This document shows, one piece after another, positions 37,251 to 49,368 of a stretch of DNA of 64,000 nt. Below the pieces are notes generated by a model that ran no database searches, was not told the origin of the DNA, and saw nothing but the letters and a program-made list of their open reading frames with translations. The stretch is from Lophium mytilinum (Eukaryota): NCBI GenBank assembly GCA_010093605.1, contig MU004189.1, forward strand, positions 1 to 64,000. Reading direction: 5' to 3'. The position numbers were made by a program, and so were the translations under genes. Every line of letters begins with the position of its first letter. Within the stretch, counting starts at the first letter, position 1.

Positions 37251-39349
37251 ATGGCCTCCAAGAAGCTTCAGCAGGTATGTTCCGTCTTCTGCGTGCTCGC
37301 CTGCGCCTCTCCTAAACTAACATGTATAGGAAATGGTCCAGGTCGGTTCGTTGCGCCCTCTCTGCCCTCCCTCACCATTGCCAGTGCAGCTAACACTTGC
37401 ATCTACCCTTCCCCAGATCGTTCCTCGTGAGTCTAGCTGCTTGTCATAAGGGACATTCGCTCTTTGCTAACCCTCTGCCAGCTCCTCCTCTCCTTTCTGG
37501 CGCACCAATTCAAATACCGCAACATCGTACGACAGCAAGAAGGTCATTGGAGCCTCCTACTCCCACGCCGACTTGCTCAAGTTTGATTCCCTGTAAGACA
37601 CTCTAAGATAGCTCTTGTTTTCCCTGGATTGAACATGTCTCACCCCCCGAAACAGGTCCGTCTCCGGCACCTCTCGTCCCAGAACACCACCCTCCGCCTC
37701 CCGCAGCCGCGACTCGAGCCTTCCACGATCCGGACCTCTGAATAGTATATCGCCGCCGCCACGAAAGAACTATAGAGCCTTTCTCAGCGACACCAACCCC
37801 GACTGGGAAGCTGACGAAGATGACGAGGACGACGATGTCGTGGAAAACACGTATGACGATGACGAGGATGAGTTTGGCCTTCCAAGTATAGCGAACATGA
37901 GACGGAAAGGAAAACGGAAACCACCAAACAAAGGATACGATCCAGGGGGGACTACAAGTCATGTCCGAACTGGCTCCACACATACTCCGTTTTCCATGTT
38001 CAGTGGCGACATTGCTGAAGAGCGGGGCATTCCAAACTACCCCATGGCGAAGAAGAGCGAGGGCAAGATACTACGACCACAATACCAAGAAATACTTCGC
38101 GATCCTGCAAACTCATTACACCTGATATCCCATTCTCCTCTCGCTCCGGGCGCTGTACCGAAAGACGTAGAGGCACACGCCGCACGTATAACGCGAATCA
38201 ACAAGTTCAAACGAATACTGCAAACAAGCACCATCTCCCTCACTGAGCTCCGCGCCGCTGCCTGGTCTGGAATTCCCTCGGAAGTACGAGCAATGACCTG
38301 GCAGGTGCTCCTCGGCTACCTCCCTACAAGTAGTGAGCGCCGAGTAGCAACCCTCGAAAGAAAAAGGAAGGAGTACTTGGACGGCGTACGGAATGCTTTT
38401 GAAAGAGGAACTTCGGGGAGCATTGACCCAGTGGCAACGGGTGTTGTAGGCGCATCCTCGAAACCTTCCGCGAATCGCGGCCGCGGTAGAGGTCTGGACG
38501 AATCGATATGGCATCAAATTAGTATCGATGTTCCCCGGACAAATCCACACTTGGAGCTGTACAGCTACGAAGCCACGCAAAGGTCACTAGAACGAATCTT
38601 GTACGTCTGGGCCATTCGACATCCTGCCTCCGGGTACGTGCAAGGAATCAACGATCTCGTAACCCCTTTCTGGCAAGTATTTCTCGGCGCCTATATATCT
38701 GATCCGGACATTGAATTTGGCATGGATCCTGGGCAGCTACCAAAGCCCGTTTTAGACGCTGTCGAAGCCGACTCATTTTGGTGTCTCACCAAATTGCTAG
38801 ACGGCATCCAGGACAACTACATCTTCGCACAACCCGGTATCCAACGCCAAGTTGCAAACCTCCGAGACCTAACGACCCGAATCGACAAAAACCTAGCGGA
38901 ACATTTGGCGAACGAAGGAGTAGAGTTCATCCAATTCAGCTTCCGATGGATGAACTGCCTCCTCATGCGTGAGATCACAGTCAAAAACACTATCAGGATG
39001 TGGGACACGTATTTGGTATGCTCCAGCCCTTTCATCTCTCCCCACAGTATTCCTAATCCCCGTCCCCTAATCACTTTATCAGGCCGAAGACGATGGCTTC
39101 TCCTCTTTTCACCTTTACGTCTGTGCCGCTTTTCTGGTGAAGTGGTCAGATCGCCTCCTGAAAATGGACTTCCAAGAAGTAATGATGTTCCTGCAAGCTC
39201 TTCCCACCCGCGACTGGACAGAACAGGATATCGAGCTCTTGCTCAGCGAGGCGTATATCTGGCAGAGTCTTTTTCGGGGGAGTAGCGCGCATCTCAAAAA
39301 CACTGGCAGCAAGAGTCTGGGTGGGGTAGGCATGGGCCCCAACACATAG
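37251..39349 (+). CDS. gyp1: Rab/Ypt GTPase-activating protein, TBC domain (Gyp1-like); start 37,251 or 37,333
   Basis: WSGIPSEVRAMTWQVLLGYLP, QISIDVPRT (IxxDxxR finger), GYVQGINDL (YxQ finger), FSFRWMNCLLMRE; last intron 39,016-39,082. Confidence 0.93.
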
Positions 39350-41245
39350 ATGTAATGTACATACGAAGCGACGCAGAAATGGAGTGCTCACTGAGACCCT
39401 AGAGCATATTGCTCTTCGCATATTCGAATGTGGTAAAGCCATGGTAAAACTCTAGAGTGCTGAATCCCTCCAGATCTAGACCGCAAATGAAACCCATCTG
39501 CTTGGAAGTACTTTACAAAGGTTACACGTTGTGGAATGGTACACAAAAAATACCTGGGCACTGGTACGGAATGATGCAATCTGTGGAGGGTAGAAAACGC
39601 CCAGGTACCCTCTTGCGCCAGATCTCGTCGAGCTATCACTGCAGATTCAGGAAAGATGCTCGGTGCATGAATGGGAGAAATGGAGGCCCTGAAGAGACGT
39701 CGATGTCTCGGAGCCCGCACCGATATGCGTGTGAGCTCTATTTCCCAATATGATCTCATCAACACCTATCTATAAGTTCTATATTTAGCATACGAGTCTT
39801 CAAACTGAGCAATTAAGAAGCGACTCTGAAGTTGTGGCAATGCAGACTTGAGGAGGTGTTGGCAGCCTTGAGGAGCTGCCTCGAAACACACCGTCAACAA
39901 TCTTCAACCTGGAACATGGAGCAAGACGCTCTCCGCGGGTGAAACAAGCCGCCGATATCCTATACCGAGCTACTGCGCAAGATTGGTCGCTTCATTGTTC
40001 GCCGAAGAGAAGATGCCCACGAAAGAAACGCAGCCTTATCCGGCGAGCTTCCCGTCAGCTCCGCGGAAGCACCTCGACAATCAACCATGGTCCTTAGTGG
40101 AAAGAGGCTCTTTCCAGTCAGACCATGCTCCCACTCCTGATAGGTTCTACACAGCCACTCTTGGGTACTTTACCCCATACTGCACGCCTTGGAGGCTAGG
40201 TCCCCACTCTAATTAGCAGTACGGAAAGCCCACAAGCCAATCTTGAGGCTACGGCTCGAACATGGCGAAGTTAACACGAAAGATGGATTCTCTGGCATCT
40301 CCCTTGGCAATCGTGGCATTCCAGATGGCGCCAGCTAGAAGCCACAAAGGAGTCGTGACGAAGCTACGTTTGTATAGCATGTAGGCATACCCAGTAATTT
40401 AGCGCGAAGTTAAAGCCTCAGGCAAAACTGGTTGGATTAGAGCGAAGTGCCTCCTTTTCTAGGCTGAATTTACGAAGGCTGAGCTCAGTAGTGTGCTAAG
40501 AGCACGGTACCGTGAGCTGTTACTTTCACGCATTGCCACTCATTTACGACTGACTGGGTGGCTTAATACTTGCGCTAGACTTCCGGATGCGACTACATGC
40601 AGTAGTCGAGAGGCGCTCACACTCACCGTTCACAAAAAGCGAGGCTCTGACTTCCTAGTGCAAGTAGGGAGGGCGGCCGACCGTTCTGGCCAAACACTTG
40701 CTAGGAAACCTTAAATCATACTTCCCAACATCTAACCGCTACCTCGAGTTCTCATCTTGCTTGCTCAAGGGGGTTTATTATATCCTCATATTGAAATTTT
40801 CTAATTCCTTGCTAATAGACTCGTCAGCATAATATGGTTCCTACCGTCTAGAATATATCGTGGCTGCTGAGACTACTGGGGTACTAAGACGTGCAAATCG
40901 TGCTTAAAAGCAGGTGACAACCTGGGGGTTAGGCCACTAAACGAGTGCATGGCCTGTTGAAACTCCACCTGGTAAAGGCAACAATCTTGATCTGCAGCTC
41001 ATGCGCGCTTTTTCTTTGATGCCTAGTCCGCGGCGCTAGAATCGCATAACCCTTCAGCCACCCAAACTAGCAAAGACATTATCTCTGGTTTCTACAGGGC
41101 TACATATGTGCGGCCTCATACTAAGAACATGTTCACTTATACCTTGCACTTTTCTGATTGCTAACTCTATCAGTCTACTTCCCAGATTTTATATCCAAAC
41201 TAGTTCTAGAGAAAAACACGTACAAGCAAATTACTTCGGAGAATC

Positions 41246-42561
41246 ATGGTTCATCACGATGATTTTTTCCCGGATACTCCTACGATGGTTGTCTCGTTCG
41301 GGTGGCTGATGGTGCTCGTTGTTGCAATACCCGTGGGAATTATCTACTACGGGTTGCTCTCGTTATGGTTTCTAGAAGCGTTTCTCATTCTTGCCATGAT
41401 TTCGATCGTTCTCGCGATAATATGGTGGTATTTTCGAGTGCGGGCGGCCCACCCAAGTAAGTGCTGAAACATATTTGAGATGTCTGCGTTTTCTCAACTA
41501 GAATTTAGCCTATTCAGCGAACCGGACGAATACATTAATATTCTCCGTAGTAATGGGAATCGTAGCGTGTTGGCGACTTCCTACGGTAATGCGTTCATTG
41601 GAGACAAAGGTTTGGCAGATTACGGCAGATGATGCTGTATGCACGCATATCACTTGAAATAGCCCAGGACTGATGCTAACATCCAGCAGAGAATAATGGA
41701 TGCTCCCTGTGTCGCATTTGTCCAAGATTTTAACTGGAACGCGCAGGCGCCTCTTAGTACAGCGAGGATGCCGCAGTGCTTTATTGGAAACGCACATCCA
41801 AATCTCCCTCTCTGCTCATCACTAGACCCCAATACTCTTAGGTCGCCTCAAGTGAATTGTGACTGTAGCGACATGTGGCCAGAAACAGTTGAAGAAAGTT
41901 TTATCTGGCATAACCAGCCTTATCGGGTTCTTAACTTTTGTCCCTCGATGGATTTGTTTCTCACTCGTCCTATGGCTATCATGATATTACATGTTTTCTA
42001 CGACTGTAAGCTGGAAATCACAAAGTCAGTTGGAGCTTCTACTTACTTTCGCCTAGTCAACGTGTCAAGGGCCGAGCTAGAGGAGGATTACTATACAAAT
42101 CCATTGTCAAATGTTGCAATATATGATCCAAGCCTTACACTTCGAATTGCCGCGGACCAGAACTCTACGCGGCTTATTCCAATAAACGCGAATGGAATTA
42201 CGTCAATTTCGCTCATTCCGAATCGCCGTCAATATCTCAATAAGAACCCAGTATACGACTACACGTCAACTCCGTCGTCCATAGGTGCTCAAGGCCTCGT
42301 GTGTGATGTTTCCAACACGACCGGGACGTATTGGAAGCCATGTACTGCAGCCGTACATGTGCAATTCTCAACCTTTGCAGGAATGACTACATCTGAAGTC
42401 AAGCAGATGAGCCCTTCCGTTAGCCTCCCTTTCTTTTCATTCTAGCAATCAGACAACTTACTAGACGACAGGCTGCAATAGCCACCGTGGGTGGCTGGTT
42501 CACCTTCCCTCTACTATTCGCCGCCTGGCTTTCAGGACAAGCTATAAAGGCAAAGGGTTAG
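41246..42561 (+). CDS. Hypothetical membrane protein, hydrophobic N- and C-terminal segments around a Cys-containing, N-glycosylation-site-rich domain; about 4 exons
   Basis: ORFs 41,246-41,467 (hydrophobic) and 41,696-42,445 joined by GT...AG introns; final exon ATVGGWFTFPLLFAAWLSGQAIKAKG*. Confidence 0.6.
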
Positions 42562-43587
42562 AGTGCAACCGTCGACGTAAGTGCACTCGGAGCGCGGGCA
42601 TATGAGTTACCGGCGCTTAGGCCTCGTGTTATCCTCTGGCGGATCTTGAGGCATAGTACCGAGTATCAGTTCACATCGAATTTGTCAAGGCATGCGGTAA
42701 TTTCTTTTTGTAACAAAACCGCGATGTACGAAAGTCAAGTCTATGTTGACAACACACTTATTTCAATACGAACATTAAATCTGAACTTTGTTTAGCTTCT
42801 CTAGACTTGAAAGACTGGTTGCTACCGGTGATGCTTTTAGAAGCTGGCATCACATGGGACTAGAGATCTCTCGAAGACTGAGACGATCTACATTGTGAGG
42901 TATGTGAAAGATGTACGCTACTTTAGGCTCCGCCTTCGAAACTTCATCCCCGTCCTAGTTGATATTGTCTCTGCTTGCGAAGTGAGCTGCCCATATCTCC
43001 CCTCGGATCCTCTATAGCCACGCTTTCCCGCTTCTGAATATGGCTTGACTTGTATCAATCCTAATCATACAAACAAATGCCAATTGCGTTGAACTCAACC
43101 CTGCAGCTCCCCCACTCTCCATGCCCCGCCGCACTCACAACCACAAGCAGTGACAGGAAACTGTTAGCAGCACTATTCGCGGGTATATGATACTTGTACC
43201 AATAGTTGACAAGGTTCTTCCCACGCCTCTTCCGATGGCCCCAAAGTCTTGGCTAGAGACCAAATGAGGTAATAATTCCGTCTCTTAACATTTCTTGGAG
43301 ATGCTAAGAGATGGTTCAACAGGCCCAGAGACAGCTTCTCCGTTTCCACTCACTAGACAAAGTTGTATCTCCGAACTCTGTGGGCTTGCTAAAGACGTCA
43401 TACGCAAATGGTGGTATTATGGAAGCACACGAACTACATTCAAGAGTCTACAAAACGCCTGGACCACAAAGGCACAAGAACAGCCACCTACACCATGCAT
43501 GCATCCCCCATCCCACCCAATCCGAACCTAGCCCACAGCTCCCATGCCGGTGTCATCATCATATACAGTCATGCATACATCAACTCC

Positions 43588-46428
43588 TCAAGCGCCCACT
43601 CTGGTACCCTGAGGTCGTCCCCTACCCGCACCACCCCTACCGCCCGGATTCCGGACAGCGCCCGGTCTTGCAAGGGTATACTTCGCAAACGCCCTCGCAA
43701 GCGCCTTCTTACAGCTGTTCTTCTGCGATCCCACAAACGAATCAACCGCAACCGCGATAGCGCGGTCGATGTCAATCGACGAGCAGTATTCCGAAAGACG
43801 CATCTTGGAGAAAGATTCGCTGATACGCATGATGGCTTCGAGATGACGGACCTGAATAGCGAAGTTAGCAACCACACTGAAACAGAAACTCAGCGGTAGT
43901 GTGACTTACGGTAATGGGATAAGCTCCTGTCGCCAAACTCTCCTTCCTCATATCCGCGAACAACTTCGCCACCTTGTCCTGATCGATCTGATACAGCTTC
44001 GGCCGGCACTTCTCGCGTGCGTAAAGGATATACTTCCGCAGCAGCTCCTGCGGGATCTCGCCCTCTTGCTTCGGCATCAACTCGCTGTCGTCGCCTTCGT
44101 CGATGTCCATGGTTTCTCGCTCTGGAATTGTGGTAGGTGCCTCATTGCCGGCACCCGAGACGGGATGGGCCCGGCCGTGGGAGTTGACGACGAATTTGGC
44201 CAGGCGCTCATCCTCACGCGGATCTACGGTGTCGCGGACGACGACCAAGATGTCGAAACGAGACAGGATGGGCTCGGTGAGTTCCACGTTCTGGGAGAAG
44301 GGGATGGTGGAGTTGTAACGGCCGCCAATGGGATTCGCTGCAGCTACGATGGCGCAGCGGGCCTGGAGCGTGGTCACGATGCCTGCTTTCGAGATGGAAA
44401 TGGTTTGCTGTTCCATAGCCTCGTGAATGGAAGTCCGATCTTGGTCGTTCATCTTGTCGAACTCGTCAATGAGACAGGTACCCTTGTCAGCTAGAACGAG
44501 TGCACCGCCTTCGAGCGTCCATTCGCTGGTCATTGGATCTCGACGGACGGATGCCGTAAGACCGACTGCTGAGGCGCCTTGACCAGTGGCGAAGACGGCG
44601 CGGTGAGCGGTCTTTTCCACGTACTTCAAGACTTGTGATTTGGCGGTCCCTGGGTCTCCGAGAAGCAGGACATTGATATCACCACGGATGGCCATCCTTC
44701 CAGGTGCCTCTTTGCTGACGCCTCCGAAGAGTGAAAGTGCAATGGCAGTCTTGATATCGGTGTGGCCGTAAATGCTAGGGGCAATGGAGTTGATAATCTT
44801 GTCGACGATTTTGGGGTCTTTGGAAAGTCGTCGGATCTCGCGCTCATCTTCTTCTGTGAGACGGAAGCCGGCGAGCTGATCGTGCGATTTAACAACGTAG
44901 TTTGCTTCAAGGATGGTCGCGAACACAGGAAAGCCATTCTTGTTGTTGAGTTGCGCATCGTAGTTATTGCGGTAGATGCCTGTTACTTCGATCTCCTCTC
45001 CTGGCTTGGCGGAGTCGATCAAATCCCAGAGCAGAATAACTTCACGGTGGCGCGGTAGACGACCGGCTGGGACAGTACCAGGAGACTCTTGAAGAGTCAG
45101 CTTTTGGAAGTTGCGATAGAGGGTCTTCTCTGAGTTGAGCGTGAATGGCCCACGAGATTGGCAGTTCTGGCAGAAAGAAATCTTGACTTCCACGTTGGAC
45201 TCCTGGTGGAAAGGACCCAGGGTGATACCACACTTCCCGCAATCAAATTTAATCTCTTTGAGCTGTGGGAAGACGCCACTACGACGTGTGACAACTCCAC
45301 TGACCCGCACCAGGCAGTTCAGATGTGTTTGACGGAGTTGGCGTAACGTGTATGGATAAGGGAGGTCGGTGATTCGGACGTGAATTTCGGAATGAATGCG
45401 CTGGTAATCCGGATAATGGATCATCACAACGTCCATCGCTACCTGGTCGAAGATTTGTAGAATCTCAGAGGGAGAGTTGGCCAAGAAATACGCCAGCGCA
45501 GCCTTGGATGAAGCAAGATGATCGAATGAGACCTCCAGAGATTCCGCGTTGATCTCGCCGAGCGTCCGCACTCGTGTGCCGTAGACGGAGGTCATGTTTT
45601 CGTCGGTATATTCGGTCAGAAATGCTCTGAACTCTCTCGCAATAGTGCGGTGCACTGCTGGCTGAGCAACCCAGTCGGTCACACTCGAAGCCTTGACGTC
45701 TTGCAGTTGCTCCAGGCTTAGCTCCTCGTTCATGATATCCTGGTCCATGTCCATATCGTCTTGATCTTCGTCATATCGGCGCCTGTGCCTGCGAGGCTGT
45801 TTGGCAAGTCCAGCAATGCCATCTTCATCTTCGTCAGGCATAAAAGCTGCGGGCATACCGCGCTGGCGCCGGAGCTCCCGATCACGACGATCAAGACGCC
45901 TCTCAAGCTCAGCACGCTGAGCGGCATCGAGACCCTCGTACTCTTCATCGTCAATTTCGATGTCTTCATAGTCGTCGGGCTCGCGTTCGCGCTCATCTCT
46001 GTCGAAGTTGTTGCCGAACAGATTAATACCCTCCTCTTCCTCAGCATTCTCGTCCATTTCGTCGAGAAAGTCCCCGATAAGGTCCTCATCGCCATCAATG
46101 CGATTATCTTCCTCAATATCGTCATCGTCCATCAAAGGCAGAGGTGGAGACGAGGCGATTGCTGGGGGAGATTAGCAATGGGGACATGCTGTTCGTTCAG
46201 CTCTCGAATACTTACGACTGGAAGGCGGATGCGCGTTGGACGATGGGAGGTCGTCGGGTTCCCTGGATCGCTTCCGGCCACTGGCTCCGGCGCGAGCACC
46301 ACGGTTTGCGGACGACATGCTCTGTCGAAGCGGAGAACTTGGGAGTGTCAGGAAAGGTTGAACGATCGCGAAAGGGTGGGCGCTTGTGGTGTAAAGGGTT
46401 TCTAGCGATGAAGGAGCACAAACCTCAT
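43588..46428 (-). CDS. mcm2: DNA replication licensing factor Mcm2
   Basis: Acidic N-terminus, C4 zinc finger (CGKC...CQNC), GDPGTAKSQ Walker A, CLIDEFDKM, ILSRFD arginine finger, YPIT|VRHLE across intron 43,852-43,909. Confidence 0.97.
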
Positions 46429-46579
46429 CTGGCCTCAATGATAGACCTTGGGGCAAGTCGTCGTATTGTAGACTCTGGTAAGCTTGGGCGAAGTATCTGG
46501 GGTCAATGCGAGCGAGGGTAAGTGGGAGGGTGGCAGGTGTGGAGAGGGGGGGGAATTGAAAGTAAGCTAGAGTCAGGAG

Positions 46580-46592
46580 CGCGTCGACGCGT
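46580..46592. promoter_or_regulatory. Paired MCB-like (ACGCG/ACGCGT) cell-cycle boxes upstream of mcm2
   Basis: CGCGTCGACGCGT ~150 bp upstream of the mcm2 ATG; two back-to-back ACGCG cores. Confidence 0.6.
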
Positions 46593-46855
46593 TAAGGCAC
46601 CTTTGTACGGCATACTACAGCTCTGAGGAACAGGACACCAAAGGTCTTGTGCTAGGAGAGTTGCAGTATTCCGCATTCACCCTGATCAGGCTAAGGGCCG
46701 TATTCACGGACTTTAGGAGGAGCAGGGCGACTTGAAAGCTTCAAAACAACAAGACCTTGGCCTCTAACTCACCCATTCCTTGAAGTGTGCCACTTATTTC
46801 TTCTCCTCACCCTAAAACTTGGGCGCACACTCATTGACACTTCCACAACGCTGCC

Positions 46856-48742
46856 ATGGCAGAAGTAACCACCACCGACGGCAGTGGAGCAGCTCACCCG
46901 CCAGCGCCCGTCTCTCGTTCCAACAGCTTCTCGCAGAACTCGGAGAGCTCACAGACTGCGGCCGAGTGAGTATAACTGTCTCACATAATCTTGAGCGCGT
47001 CTGACAGTAAATTCTAGGTTCATTAGCAGCCAACTCCAACTCGAAGCCGACGCGCGTGAGGCACTCCCATATGTTTGTAAATCAGCCCCTCGAGTCGCGC
47101 ATACATCTGACAACATCCAGCAATTCGACACATGCACAAAGCCACTGGGTGCCCTGCGACAAGCACTTTACGCCTGTCTCACATGTAATCCTCCGCCCGC
47201 CTCGCCCGCACAGCAGTACACTCCTGCCGGCGTCTGCTACTCGTGCTCCATATCATGTCACTGCGACCATACCCTCGTTGAGCTTTTCGGAAAGCGCAAC
47301 TTTGAATGCGATTGCGGCACGACGCGCATTCCGGACACGTCCCCATGCTCGCTCCGTCTGAACGAAGAGACTGGGACCAAGGGAGGAGTGCATTCCGAAA
47401 AGCCGGCGCAAGGCAACAAGTACAACCAGAACTTCAGGAATATGTTTTGCGGCTGCGAGCAGGACTATGACGCCCACCAGGAGAAAGGGACCATGTTTCA
47501 GTGCTTGGGGTTAGGGACAGTGGAAGAGGGAGGATGTGGCGAGGACTGGTGGCATCCAGAGTGCGTTGTTGGACTCGACCGCGACGCATACCTGAAGAGC
47601 GTCGAGGATTCAAAGCCCGTGAAAGTAGACACTGCTGTACAAGCTCCCCAGAACGGCATTTCCGTGGCCATGGATGTCATCTTGGAAGAGGAGCCAGCCA
47701 ACGGAACAACCGAAGCACCTGTACCTGTGGTCTATACTAGCGTCACTGGTGGCATAGATGGAAACGATCTTGCGGCAAATGGTGTAGATGACACCGTTGA
47801 AGACGACGACCCACCTCTACCACCCGGATTCCCTAAAGAGGACGACTTCGAGACCTTCATTTGCTACAAGTGTGTTGAAGCCTTCCCCTGGATCCGGAGA
47901 TATGCAGGGAGTCCAGGCTTTCTTCCACCCGTCTACTTCAAACCAGAGAACAGCATCGACGCCGCCGCAGAGGATAGCACAGCCGTGGAAGCACCACCTA
48001 CAATCTCAGAGCCCGCCTCTAAGAAGCGCAAAGCCTCCGATGAAGAATCCGAGCTGCCATCAGACCCATCCATTGCCCCTCCCAAACGCCAAAAGAGCGA
48101 AGCCCCCCTCACAGAATCCGCCCCTATAACGACCACCCTCCTACTCACTCCAAAGAAACCCACCGCGACATCGTCATGCCACTTCGAAACACTCCCACCT
48201 GCCCCAGAAGCCCGTTTCTCTCTCTTCATGCTCCCCGACTTCCGCGACCATCTCTGCCGTTCCCCCTCCTGCTTCCCTCTCCTAAAGCCACACCCCCAGC
48301 TCCTTGAAGAAGAGGAAACGTACGAGCCGCCCATCTCCGAAGACGGAGACAACGAAGGCGCCGCAAGTGTAGGCACGGGGAGCATACTGGATAGGGGCGA
48401 GGCCGTGTTCAATAACATGGACCGTGTGAAGGCTATTGGTAAGTCTATTCCCCCTCGCTCGTGTACTCTTGTTCCAAACCAGTCGCTGATTTATTCGCAG
48501 AGGGCGCAATGGTCTACGCCCATCTCAAAGACAAAGTCAGAGCCTTCCTCCAGCCCTTCGCGGAGAGCGGCCAGGCGGTCGGAGCTGAGGATATCAAGGC
48601 GTACTTTGAGAAGCTACGCGGTGATGCGGATGGGATTAAGGATGCCGCAGGCGGCGCGTCGGGGTCTAGTAAGAAGCGGGATGGAGGAGATGGGGGCGGG
48701 GAGGGCGAGGGGAGCGGGAGAAAGGAGCAGAGTGGTTACTAA
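46856..48742 (+). CDS. UBR-box/PHD-like protein of the UBR7/Mlo2 family; 4 exons
   Basis: LEADAREALPY|QFDTCT...RQALYACLTC, CYSCSISCHCDH, ELFGKRNFECDCG, NKYNQNFRNMFCGC, MFQCLGL...CGEDWWHPEC, FICYKC, MDRVKAI|EGAMVY. Confidence 0.88.
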
Positions 48743-49368
48743 GACGAGATGGTAGTGGAAGCTTTGGAGAGCTGTAAATGTAGGTTAGGCAGCCTGAAGT
48801 GTAGGTTTAATACAATCTGTGCGAGTACATTCCTTCGCGGTCTCTCGAAAGTCATCAGACACGTTGTTTCTGCTGAGCCTCCTGTATGGATTTACCATAT
48901 CCTTCTTAAGAGGATGTTTGCTACGTAGCCCAGGCCTATATGTTGCTCCAACTCCTAACAAAAGAACGAGTCACACGGTTAGTTATGTGCATACTTCCAA
49001 CAAAACTACTCGATTTGCTATGAGCGATACTGTGCTACACCGTCTCAAAAGTGTCTAAGAAAATACAGTTTACACGGTTCATTCTGTAAATACTTGTTAG
49101 AAGATTAGCAAGATTAGCCAATGGGTGCCCGTATGTAGGCAACTCATAGATCCCTTTCGAAACCGGGAAATGAGGCATGAAAGGCATAGGTCACGCCAGC
49201 ATCATCAACAAGGGCACAAAATCTAAGAGCAGATGTGAAACAAATCAGAATTCGCTACAACTCCATCGCGCTTTCGCGCCCCAGGCCCAGTTTGCGCCCA
49301 AGTTCTCCCATACTATACAGTACAATCACGTCACCCCTAACTCCACCCCTATAGACCCCCAAGCCCCC

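Noticed and set aside
39388..41100. Short ORFs between gyp1 and the membrane-protein gene
   Set aside because: No domain similarity, mostly non-ATG starts; treated as intergenic
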